DNA of 64,000 nucleotides from Eledone cirrhosa (taxonomy: Eukaryota): NCBI GenBank assembly GCA_964016885.1, contig CAXHJY010001606.1:17844-81843 (forward strand), written 5' to 3'. Under the pieces are notes generated by a model that saw only the letters and a list, made by a program, of their open reading frames with translations, ran no database searches and was not told the origin of the DNA. Shown here in pieces: positions 37,938 to 55,057 of the stretch. Numbering within the stretch: position 1 is the stretch's first letter; each line of letters starts with the position of its first letter. Position numbers and translations under genes: made by a program.

Positions 37938-39697
37938 TCATCATCATCATCATCACCGTTTTACGTCCGTTCTTCCACGCTAGCATGGGTTAGACGGGTT
38001 GTCCTGTTGTGGGCAGTGTCTGGTCGGCTGACCATGCCTTGCTCATACAGGAACTGATTTGGCTTGATTTCTACAGCTGGATGCCCTTCCTAACACCAAC
38101 CTCATTTACAGTGAGTGCTGGGTGCTTTTTTGTGGCGCCTACACGTCCACTTTACAGTGTGGGCTGGGTGATTTTTGCCGTGGCACCTCCACGACCACCT
38201 TGCGGTGGGGGGAGTGGGGGCATATTGTCTATATGCTTCAGCTTGTACCCATGGGAGGTCGGGTACTCTGTATTACTGCGTGACGCCAGAAGTCACGGTC
38301 GTGTGTCATTGCCTTTGAGAGGTGTAATTAGGTAAGGTCGGCTTTTATCACCTCATCCCAGGTCTCCCCACTCCGCGGGTTCCATCAACTTCTAGTGCTC
38401 TGCACCTTTTTATGCAGCTGTCATCCTTCATACGCATCACATGTCCATACCAACACAACCGCATCTCCTGCACACGGCATTTGATTCTTCTTATGCTCAG
38501 TCTCTCTCTCAATTCATTTATGCTTTGTCGTTCACGTATATTACTGTTACACATCCATCGGAGCATACAGGCTTCGTTTCTCTCTAATCTACGTAAGTCT
38601 TCCACCTTCAGTGCCCAGGTCTCACTACCATGCAACATTGCTGTTCGGATACACGCATCATACAGTCTGCCTTTCATTCTGAGGGAGAAGCCTTTTGCAG
38701 CTAGCAGTGGTAGTAGTTCCCTAAACTTCTTCCATCCCGTTCTTACCCTAGTTATTGTACTTTCTGAACACCCACCTCCGCTGCTAATTCGGTCACCTAG
38801 GTTGCAGAAGCTGTCTACTGTTTCTACAGAGCCCTCCCAGAGATTGGTGGTACTTGTTTCCTGTGGCTGTTTGCTGCTTGCTGTCTCATCACAGCTGCTG
38901 CATGTGAAGCCTACATTCTTAATTAAGCTTCCTGAGATCCCGCTACATCTCTTGTGTACCTATTGTTTGCATTTGGGGCAGAGAATGGAGTTCCTACCTA
39001 CACCTTTCCTACATACTGAGCAAAGCCATTTCCCTGAGGGGATCTGGGTTCTGTTTTCTCGTCTACTTACAAGGACCTTTGTCTTTGTCATGTTGACTTT
39101 GAGACCCTTTTTTTCTAGTCCCTGCTTCCAAGTTTGGAATTTATTCTCTAGTTCTACCATAGATTCAGCTATGAGTACGAGGTCATCAGCATACAGGAGT
39201 TCCCATGGGCATCCAGTCTTAAACTCCTCCGTTATTGCCTGCAGGTCTATGATGAACAGGAGGGGGCTAAGAACAGAGCCCTGGTGGACCCCAACCTGTA
39301 CGCTAAATTCCTCGCTATACTCATTGCTAATCCTAACTTTGCTGACTGCTCCCCTATACATGGCTTGTACCACTTTCACAACCCATTCATCTACTCCTAG
39401 TTTTCTAAGAGCCCACCAGATTACAGCACAACAAACTCTGTCAAAGGCTTTCTCAAGGTCGACAAATGCCAAGTAGAGTGGCTTACTTTTAGCTAGGTAC
39501 TTTTCCTGTAATTGCCTCACAAGGAAGAGGGCATCAGTGGTGCCTCTTCCTGGTACAAACCCAAATTGCATCTCGTCTATTTCCACCCGGTCCCTAATCA
39601 ACTGTGCTATAACTCTTTCTGTTACTTTCATGACCTGGTCCATCAACTTTATACCTCTATAGTTTCCTCTATCTAGTGCATCGCCTTTACCTTTGTA
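37935..39697 (-). mobile_element. 5'-truncated RTE LINE (family 1), RT pseudogene
   Basis: NYRGIKL, QFGF, DLEKAFD, HQGSVLSP, YADD, PHD-like Cys cluster; stop at 38960; TA flanks. Confidence 0.93.
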
Positions 39698-40259
39698 TAT
39701 ATATATATATATACGCACATACTTGTGTATATATATATATACACATGTGTATGTATACACGTGTATGTATGTATATATATATACATACACACTCACATAT
39801 GTATATATATATACACATATACATACACATACACACATGTGTATGTATGTATATATATATATATATCATCGTCATCCCCATTTTACATCTTTTTTCCATG
39901 TTTCCATGGGTTATATATATGTATAAAACTTTCTATTTTTCTATGCTGGCATTGATATAAATGTTTATGAATTTGTGAAAATCAATATACATTAATTTAT
40001 TTAAAAAGGAAGAGAAAAATGATCATAATAAAACATGTAATGTGGAGAAAGTGAACATACATGTCTGTCCAAATAATGCAATAAATTTTGCTACATGCGC
40101 TTGTTAATTAAGAATTATTGACCTTCCAAGTCTTACTGGTGGCAAGAAGCCCAAGCTCATCATGGTTAATTGTGCATGAGATTTTATGGAAGAGTTTCCT
40201 GGAAGACTTGACAACATTCTCCATAAATGACAATTCATTTTATTATTGATTCTAACACA

Positions 40260-40985
40260 AAGGGTGGTTGTTTCGCAGTATTGTAAGAGCATTGGACAAC
40301 ATGCTTTGTGGCATGGAGTTGCGTCCCTTTACCTTCTGTGTTCAAATCCTGCTGAGGTTAGCTTTGCCTTTCATCCTTACGGGGGTCGATAAAATAAAAT
40401 ACCAGTGATACACTGGGGTCAATTTAATCGACTTCCCCTACCCAAAAATTGTTGGCCTTGTGCCTAAACCAAAAATCATTATTAACACAGGAACAGTGGA
40501 TTAACTGGATCGGTGGAGCATCAGACGAAATATAAAGCCATATTTATTCTGGCTCTTTAAATTTTGTGTTCAAATCCCACCAAAGTCAATTTTGCCTTTC
40601 GTCCTTCCAGAGTCAATAAAATAAAGTACCAGTCAAGTACTGGGATTTATTTAAATGACTTTTACCTCCCCTTAAATTTCCTGGCTTTATGATTAAATTA
40701 GCCATCATTATTAATTCTTATGCAAGCACACATGATTGCCAGTATTATAACATTGGACAAAATACTCTGTGACATATAGCTACAGCCCTTTACATTCTAA
40801 GTTCAAATTCTGCCATTGTCAAACTTGTCATTCATTCTTCTGGGATCAATAAAATGAAGTACCAGTCAAATACTGAAGTTAATATAATTGATTTCTCTCT
40901 TCCCTCAAAACTGCTTATCTTTAGTATCATCATCATTTTTCTTTAATGTCTGCAAGGGTTGTGCCTCGATTGGAAACCATTATTA
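40260..40985 (+). mobile_element. Three tandem S1-type SINEs
   Basis: Three gttcaaat B-boxes, each followed by the conserved body and an attatt end. Confidence 0.75.
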
Positions 40986-42243
40986 ATTCTAACAGACACA
41001 CAGACACATGTATAATTAATTTGAAGCAAAAACCTCTATATATTCATATTGTGTTTGTGTGCTTTTGTTGTATTATATGTAAAAACATTAAAATACTTAA
41101 TACACCTTTTCAGTGTGTTGTAGAGTCAGGGTATATGCGTGTTTAAATGTGGTAACTATATCATTAAATCCATGTCATTGAGTTAGATTGCCATCCACCT
41201 GGATACTGGCATGTAATCAAGGTATCGATTAAATTACACACTCCCTAAACACACACATACACATACAATCATACACACACACACACACACTACACTTCAA
41301 ATAAAGTGGTATTGAAGTAAAAAAATTGTTTCTGTTGTGCTATTTTGGGTTAAACCACCTTCGGTTTGTGGCCAAAATAAGGTTGGCCTCATAACCCTCC
41401 CTATCAAAATATACTTTGACAAGCTCTTTCACGTGTACTTATTGGTTAGAGATAAATCTTCCTAGATAAAATATCTGTCCATTATTGGTAAGTTGATTGG
41501 GTAGGTGGTTGGATGATTGGTGGTGTTGGTTGGCTGGTTAGCTGGCTGGTTGCCTCGTCAGAAGGCTGGTTGGCTGGTTTATTGGATTGGTTGACCTGTT
41601 GGCTGGCTGAGCTCATAACCCTAATGGTCCTTTTTGTATTTTGCACTAACATGGTCTTTATGTAGTGATTCCCATTGCCTTCTGATTTAAAACAATTTAA
41701 CCACACACACTGTATACAATTTAAATACATTCATTAATTATGAATTGAATGATAAATCCAACCTCATGTGATCTGGGTATTTTGGGGTGGGGCTTGAATA
41801 GTACAAGAACTGATAAGTGGAGATCAATTAGATTTTAGAGTTGATTAGTTGCAATGTTAACCTAATGTGTGTGGATCACATTTGACATCAATCTGTTAAA
41901 ATGTATTCCTACTTGGAAAATGTAACTCACCACCCAGTTTAACGTCACCATGTTATTTTTAGGAGAGCTTAATATGTTGTGAGATTTAAACTAAACTACT
42001 AGTTCTTATAGACTTAGTGTGCAAATCTTCAGACTATGCTTCAGAGCATCAATCTTGCAAGTATAGAGGGATGATCTACAGAGGTCATGAGTACTATCCT
42101 TATCTCTCCTGAATAATTTGTTAAAAATATTAAAAAGTATCAAATGGTATTAAAAACTTTTCCAGTCCTAATAATTCATCTTAACTTAACTTACTAAAAT
42201 AAATAAATAAACTGATGATCAAATTTAAGAACTCATAAATAAT

Positions 42244-42431
42244 TTTCTACATTTGGCACAAGGCCAGCAATTATCCCAGTGTATTACTGGTGCTTTATTT
42301 TATCGACCCCATAAGGATGAAAGGCAAAGTTAACCTCGGCGGGATTTGAATTCAGACCATAAAGGGCCATAACTCTTTGCTGCAAAGCATGGCGTCAGAC
42401 CCTCTACCGATACGGCCAATCCACCGCCATT
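42244..42431 (-). mobile_element. S1 SINE with 15-bp TSD
   Basis: gaactcataaataat at 42229-42243 and 42432-42446. Confidence 0.88.
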
Positions 42432-42539
42432 GAACTCATAAATAATGTGAAAACATCAAAATGTTTCCATCTTCAGAGCATAGACAATTTCTTGTAGATT
42501 CATGTGTTACATCCTCTAGTAAAAAATGAACCTTTGTCA

Positions 42540-43132
42540 TCATGGGCTCTCATTGTCATCATCTTGGTGTGCTTGTTGCATGGATCAGCATGACCCTCCT
42601 TCTCCATTTGACTTGGTTGTTCATTGCTTGTGGCAATTCTTCATATTAGACTCAGCATACTCACATAACTGTTTGATGTAGATTCTAGGAGGTCTACCAA
42701 CATTGGAATGCCTATTCTTTGGTGTGAATAACAATACATCGCTGACAATTTCTTCCTTTGCTCTTTAGCAGTATCCCACAAATCTGGCATGTCTTTCTTG
42801 GATGGTATGAGAGATTATAGTTAGAAGACTGTAAAAGTGCTTTTTTCTAGAATTCTGCTTCAAGCATAGGTTTAACACTTTAGGATTTAAACCGGCTGTA
42901 TCCGGCCAGAATTCTCTCACCTCTTTCTGTTCAAACTGGCTGTAATCGGCTGCTTATACTGATCTTAAGGTATTGTTCTCAAAATAAATAATATCAAAAT
43001 TTCATAGATTCAATATTATGTGAGATAATTATGTAAATCAAAGCCTTTACTATGAAAATATAATAGTGAATATAGAGTAATATAAATGCTAAAGCTTTAA
43101 AGCTGCTCTGACCATTCTTGTACACTCGTAAA
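42540..43132 (-). mobile_element. Old RTE-clade 3' fragment split by MITE B
   Basis: TRMVRAA|LN..ERHARFVGYC*RAKEEIVSDVLLFTP..GRPPRIYIKQL. Confidence 0.7.
42876..43096 (+). mobile_element. piggyBac-type MITE B
   Basis: TTAA at 42872-42875 and 43097-43100; body matches 12169-12376. Confidence 0.8.
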
Positions 43133-43402
43133 TTGTGATTAATTATGAAATATTATAATATATTACTTACAATTAATGATAATATGTATTTTCATTTCAC
43201 AAAACATAATTACATTATAGATAAACGGTGGCCAATTAACTGGTATCGGTGAATTAATCAGTAATCAGTTAATTTGCTTATCATCAGCAGAAGCATCATC
43301 CCCATTTAACATCTGTTTTTCCCTGCTAGCAATAATATATATGCTAGCAGGGAAAAACAGACATTAAATGATGATCATGATACATACATATATATATATA
43401 TA

Positions 43403-43440
<38 letters not shown>

Positions 43441-43457
43441 TATATATATTGTATATA

Positions 43458-44748
43458 CAGGGTGTTGTCGATATTTGTTCGCAATTTTCAACTGCTAATT
43501 TTATGCAAATTTTTTTTACTTCCGTTGTCACTCTTGTCTTCATAAAAACAGGGACTATATTTCCATTATTTATTTTCAGAATAATTGATTATGAATAATT
43601 TTGAACCTCCAAATTTGTGGAAGAGACACAAAGTTCTTCTTGGAATCCACACCGGGAGGACAAATAAGGAAATTTCAGACTGAATGGTGGAAAACGTCAG
43701 AAAGGAATTGGAAGATTCAGGATTCGACTACGAAGCAACATCAGAGAGGAAAACACATGATCGACGATCTGACGCCTTCAGAACGCCCGAGTTCGTCGCT
43801 GAAGTTCAGGATATCATCAACAATGTCCCTAGCAAGTCGATGCGTGCCATTGCAAGGGAGAAGGGCGTGGATGAAAAGCTGATTAGGCTGGTGGTACATG
43901 AAGACATTTGCTACTTTTCATACAAGATGAGGAAAGGACAATTTCTGTCAAAGGCGATGCAAGAAAAGTGACTGAAGCACGCAAAGAAGCTGATCAACAA
44001 GCTGAACACCCACTGTAGCCAGACATGCTGTGGTTTTTCTCCGACGAGAAAAACTTCTGCCAAGACCAGAAGATCAACTCCCAGAACAATAAGTGGCTCG
44101 CTGTCTCATCCAAAGACGTGCCCAGAGTCTTGCAGACAAAGTTTCCAGCGACAACATTGGTCTTAGGTGTCATCAGCACTCAAGGTGACGTCATGCCACC
44201 TCACTTCTTCCCTAAGGGCCTCAAGCTGAACACCGATTGCTACATCCATGTTCTGAGCGAGGTAGTAAAGCCCTGGATCAACCAGGTAGCTGCATGTAGG
44301 CCGTATGTGTGGCACCAAGACTCAGCGCCCTGCCATACCAGCCGAAAGACCCAAGCCTGGCTGTCAGAGAACTTCATCGACCACACTTCACCTGACATCT
44401 GGCCTCCCAGCCCACCTGACTGCAACCCCCTCGACTTCTTTGTGTGGGGTGCAGTGGAACGAGACACCAACAGATCTAGCTGCAATACGAAAGACGATCT
44501 GAAGGCCAGGATCACAAGTGCCTTTAGGGGGTGCCTAAGTCGGGGGATAGTGACGAAGACCTGTACCCGGTTCCGAGGCCGCCTTGAGGCCGTCATCAAA
44601 GCCAATGGCGGGTTTATCGAGTGAGCTCGATAGAACAAGTCATGAAGACAAACTGACCCATGTTTGATAAATATATCTTAAAAAATAAAACTACTGTGTT
44701 ATTTCTTCCTAGACAGTAATCTTGCGAACAAATATCGTCCGCACTCTG
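43458..44748 (+). mobile_element. Full-length Tc1/mariner transposon, DD37D (maT) family
   Basis: 27-bp imperfect TIRs CAGGGTGTTGTCGATATTTGTTCGCAA / CAGAGTGCGGACGATATTTGTTCGCAA; TA on both sides; 1291 bp. Confidence 0.92.
43591..44624 (+). pseudogene. DD37D transposase pseudogene
   Basis: ATG at 43591; stops at 43681 and 43969; frameshift near 44005; HTH SMRAIARE; FSDEK, HQDSAP and NPLD with 37 residues between the 2nd and 3rd D. Confidence 0.9.
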
Positions 44749-44880
44749 TATATATGTATATATGTGTGTATGTACATATGTATATGTGTATATATGTGTA
44801 TATGTATATATGTGTATATGTATATATGTGTATATATGTATATGTATATATGCATATATATATATGTATATATGCATATA

Positions 44881-45235
44881 TCATCATCACCGTTTTACGT
44901 CCGTTCTTCCACGCTAGCATGGGTTAGACGGGTTGTCCTGTTGTGGGCAATGCTCATACGGGAACTGATTCTGGCTTGATTTCTACAGCTGGATGCCCTT
45001 CCTAACACCACCCTCATTTACAGTGAGTGCTGGGTGCTTTTTTGCCGTGGCACCTCCACGACCACTTTGCAATGGAATGATAGGGACCCCAGTCCCTATC
45101 ATCTCATTTCTACAGCTGAGTAAACTGGAGCAATGTGAAATAAAGTGTCAAGGAAACAACACATCACCCGGTTTGAGAATTGAACTCACAACCTTTCGAT
45201 TGCAAGGCCAATGCTCTAACCACTAAGCCATGTGC
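44881..45235 (-). mobile_element. S2 SINE with RTE family 1 tail
   Basis: Near-identical to 26862-27197; tail matches 37950-38130. Confidence 0.87.
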
Positions 45236-45299
45236 ATATATATGTATATATGTATATATATATATGTATATATGCATATATATCTGTATATATATATAG

Positions 45300-45556
45300 A
45301 TAAATATACACGGGTGTGTATAGAAGATTATATTAATAAAAGTAATTCCAACTTTGTCTGATTTACTCGTTTTATTTACAATCCTTTAAAATTTATAATG
45401 GAATTAGAATGAAATGGTAGAATATTAAATGTTAAGTGTTAATTGAACAAGTACTTTTAATATTCTACCATACTATTTCATTCTAATTCCATTATAAATT
45501 TTAAAGGATTGTAAATAAAACGAGTAAATCAGACAAAGTTGGAATTCCTTTTATTA
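45300..45556. mobile_element. Family E unit folded back at the ribozyme
   Basis: Arms about 45332-45429 / 45457-45556; the first arm stops at tgaacaagtacttt. Confidence 0.78.
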
Positions 45557-45659
45557 AAATATATGTATATATGCATATATGTATATATGCATATATGTAT
45601 ATATGCATATATGTATATATATGTATATATGCTTATATGTATATATATGTATATATGCA

Positions 45660-45709
<50 letters not shown>

Positions 45710-45835
45710 GGAGGTGAGTTTTATTGTAGTACAATAAAGCAATATTATGCAATAATATATGTTGCAATAAAATGATATGTTGATTTAAAACTGCACTATT
45801 CACAAGTGTTTTTTAACCTTCATATCATGTCTCCC

Positions 45836-45906
45836 TATTTTATCTGATGAAAACGCAAATGTCATCACATGATGATATTTGTTTTTGAAATGCGCATAAT
45901 AAAATA
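45836..45906 (+). ncRNA. Type I hammerhead ribozyme (family A), cleanest copy
   Basis: tattttat-CTGATGA-aaacgcaaatgtcatca(ca)tgatgatatttgttttt-GAAA-tgcgca-TA-ataaaata; palindromic ATGCGCAT. Confidence 0.88.
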
Positions 45907-45936
45907 CATGGAACTCTTTTAACCATCTTTTGATCT

Positions 45937-45988
<52 letters not shown>

Positions 45989-45997
45989 GTGTATATC

Positions 45998-46353
45998 TAG
46001 CAAAGGGTAACCTGGAAAGCAGGGCATGCAGTCCAGTCGCCATGGCGGAAAGTGGGGATGTGCAGCCTTACCCCCCCCCCCCCAATTCCCTCTAAATGAC
46101 CCTCCTGGTCAAAGCCGCATGTAATGTTATCTAGTGTGTGTATGTTATCTTTTTATGTGTCTACGATTTAGTAAGCAGTCAAAATTCTGCTTGCCCCAAA
46201 GCTGTCGTGTGTTTGTGTGTGTGTTATCTTTTTATGTGTCTACGTTTTAGTAAGCAGCCAAAATCCTGCTTGCCTCAACCGACGCAATTGATCATGTCAA
46301 GATTCTATAATGCATGCACTGCATGCGTTGCTTGCACGGACCCTTCGCCCCTG
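45998..46353. mobile_element. Possible MITE with decayed TIRs
   Basis: gcaaagggt..aagcagggcatgcagt versus actgcatgcgttgcttg..acccttcgc; internal ~70-bp duplication at 46140-46275. Confidence 0.35.
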
Positions 46354-48300
46354 GTATATATATATATATGTATATATGCATATATATATATGTGTGTATA
46401 TATATATACACGTTTGTGTGAGTGTAAATGTGTGTGCAGATGTATTTGTAATGACATTATTCTCTCTCTTGCCAAAGCCTTTTGTATAACTGTTAAAAAT
46501 GCTTTGTGGTCTTTAGAAGTTTTCGTCCGATTCAATTCTCTCTTCTCTCAGTCATAGCTTCTTCTCTGGCAAGCTAAGAGATATAGATCAGGCAAACTTA
46601 ATCTTGCTTGATTCTCAAAATCTTGGAGCTACAGGAACTGAAGTAGTTTGTCTAGTTGGCTGCAAGCTATGTTTGGAAATCATGTAAGGTCAAAGAGGCT
46701 GAAAGCATGACACTAAATATAGATCCTGCCTCTAAGCTTAATGTTTGGGACTGAGTTTAACTGACATGGCTGCCAGAACCAACACTCTCTTAAAACTGAC
46801 TCGAGAAATGCACTTCTCTGGACAGTGACTAAAGGCATATAACTAATAAATAAATATAAATTGTAAATGCCCAGTGTATGAATCAATAAAGGTTACAATA
46901 GTTCAATCTGACATTGATTCAAAACTTGTTTTTGTGTTTTTATAGATATGTGCATATGTGTGTAGCTGTGTGTGTGTGTGTAATTATGTGTACATTGTAG
47001 TATGTTTGTGTTTACATTTATGGATATGTGTGCACATTTGAACAGATATTTGTTGAGGCCTGTGGATGTGCATATGTGTATAAGTATTTTGATATATATT
47101 TCTTCTTATATTATTTTTGCATCTATATTTGAATGTTTGTATATATTTGGACAGGAATGCATGTATGAGTGCATGTGCACACACACACACACACGCATAT
47201 ATATATACACACACACACACACTTACATATATATATATATACACACACACGCGCATACATTCATATATAATGTATATATATATATAGTTGATTTAGTTAA
47301 CTCCAAGATCAAGGCAGTTTGGGCCATTCCCATCCTTTTTTCTGTTATGATGTATCCAATATGGCTTTTCTTTTTTAAAAGACAATGGGAAAATTTGTTT
47401 GCTATTTTTGATATATTTAGCTGCATAGCTATTTGTGTAAGTAGAGCTGTGTGTTGTGTGTGTATTGCAAAACAGTCACATAGTGTGTTTGTAGTATATA
47501 AATATATGACAACATTGTGTATATGTATGTATTAATGTACGGCAGTATAATTTCTGTGTGAATGTATAGAAAGAAATAGCAGAAATATTTTTGGTGTGTA
47601 TGAGTTTTTGTGTGTTTTGAGTTGGGTTGTTTAGGTACATAATGTTGTTGATGTTTAACCTGGAGTCAACCATGATAAAACACAACTTTGATCAAAGTGG
47701 TTTCAGCTATGACCATCATGACTTTTTAGATGTCAGTGTCTTATATTTAATAATGCAGGTTGATAAAATCCCACATCTGTAATTTAATGTCAAATGGATT
47801 AAGCAGGCACACAAACACATACACACACAAAGTATTTATATTTACTGCAAATTAATTTTGGGTCCAGAATCTCTAATTCTAAAGAGAGATAGTATGAGTT
47901 TGTTTGAATCATTTGTTATAAATTCATATCCTATGTGATAAATACCATAATTTTTATCAGACTTTTATTGTTAGAATGTCATTATCACATCTTGGATCTT
48001 TGTGTAATATGTTTATATGAAGGTGAAAGAGAGATGATGATGAGATTGCAGGTGCATCAGGAGTAATATGATTCTAACAAGTGTTGAAATCATGATTTTC
48101 TGATTACTCACACTTTCATGTTTTCTTCTTTTTTCTTAACTTAAATGCCTTTACTGTAGGGACAAATATGTTTACATATACCAAATCTATAAATACATAC
48201 ACTGTGAGGTGACTTCTGTAATTTTCGTTTTTTTACCAGTTATTTATGTTTCCTTCTTTTTCAATTTCTCTGTCTATCTATTCATCTCTCTCTCCTACTT

Positions 48301-48510
<210 letters not shown>

Positions 48511-49139
48511 GTATTTTCCGTTGTGTTGTAATATAAATATTACACACAGTAGATTATCAGCTCACGTAGAGTTTGCTCGACGGTTTCAGTTGTAGTTCCA
48601 AAAGTAATCCGGAGAAAAATAGAAAGATTTGAATGGATACAGTTTAGTTGAAAGGAATTTATTGACACGTGTTTCTATAACAGTTACATAACCTAAAACA
48701 GCTGCTATCTACAAACTTTTAGTTATGCAGACATTCAATATTTCAATGTTATTATTTACTGTCATTTCATCAGAATAATATTACTGAGGACCCTATTTAG
48801 TTTTTATAGAGAATATTAGGAGGGAGGGGTGAAGTTGTTAGAAGAATAGTTGAAGGAGTGGTTTTTCGATAGCAGTGAGAATTCTTGGTGGCAGTGAGTA
48901 ATTAGATTCCCATCTGTTGTTTTGACATTTTTTATAGAATATATTATTGGTTATTTTTCTAAATCTATAGAAGGATTAGAGATAGTAAAGATATGCGTGG
49001 TTGGTTTTGTGTATATATATATTTGGGATGAGGTGATAAATTCTGACCTCACACAATTGCACCTCTCAAAGCACTGACACATGATTGAGATCTTTGGGAT
49101 TATGCAGTTCTGCAAAAAAACCTGCCATTCCTGCCCTCC

Positions 49140-49575
49140 TTGCAAGGTGGTTGCACTGGTGACATGGCATATAAGCACTCAGTTCAACCAGTAATGTGGT
49201 CATGTTGGTGACATGACAAAATCACCCAGTCCACTCTGTAAAGTGGTTGTGTTGGTGACATGAGAATAAACTCCCAGTCCACACTGTAAAATGGTCCTGT
49301 TGGTGATACAACAAAGAGCAGCCAGTCCACACTGTAAAGTGGTCATTTTAGTGACATGACAGAAGTGCTCAGTTCACACTGCAAACTGGTCATTTTGTTG
49401 CCATGATAAAAATCACTCAATCCACACAATAAATGTGGTTGGCATTAGTGGGGGCATCTAGCCAGAAACAGTTCTGTATAAGCAAAACACGGATATCTGA
49501 TCTGACTTGTCTCAAGATAGGACAACTCATCTAACCCATGCTAGCATAGAAAACTGGATGTAAAGTGGTGATGAT
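49140..49575 (+). repeat. RTE/SINE tail with about 7 diverged ~46-bp subrepeats
   Basis: Recurrent ggtgacatga..cagtccacactgtaaagtgg; ends in an RTE tail. Confidence 0.7.
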
Positions 49576-49976
49576 ATATATCATCATTGTTTAACATCAA
49601 TTTTCCTTCACATATATATGTGTGTGTGTAGGTTGAATATGTTAGTTTGGTCAACATTCTAGTTTACTTAGTGATGTCTTTTTGTCTTCTTGTACAGAAG
49701 GAATATTATGTTAGAAGTATATAGTTAAAGCATGCAGCACTGAAATTTAATATAGTAGAAGAATTTATTGCATACTGCCAGGCTTGGCAGCTATAATATC
49801 AGTTCTCTTGTTGATTTAGTGTACATATGTGTGTGTATGCATGTGTATTCGTTATTGATTGTTTTGATTTTAATTTTTAATTTTATGATTATTCCTTACC
49901 ATGTTATTGAATATTTGTAAGTTATTGCTTCTTACAGTATTCAATAAGCAAGTATTCTTTCATATTCTCTCTCTCT

Positions 49977-55057
<5,081 letters not shown>

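Noticed and set aside
38412-39476. 354-aa plus-strand ORF
   Set aside because: Antisense shadow of the RTE RT; no independent motif
48728-48780. Minus-strand CTGATGA-aatg..catt-GAAA-tatt
   Set aside because: Stem I does not pair convincingly; may be chance in AT-rich DNA
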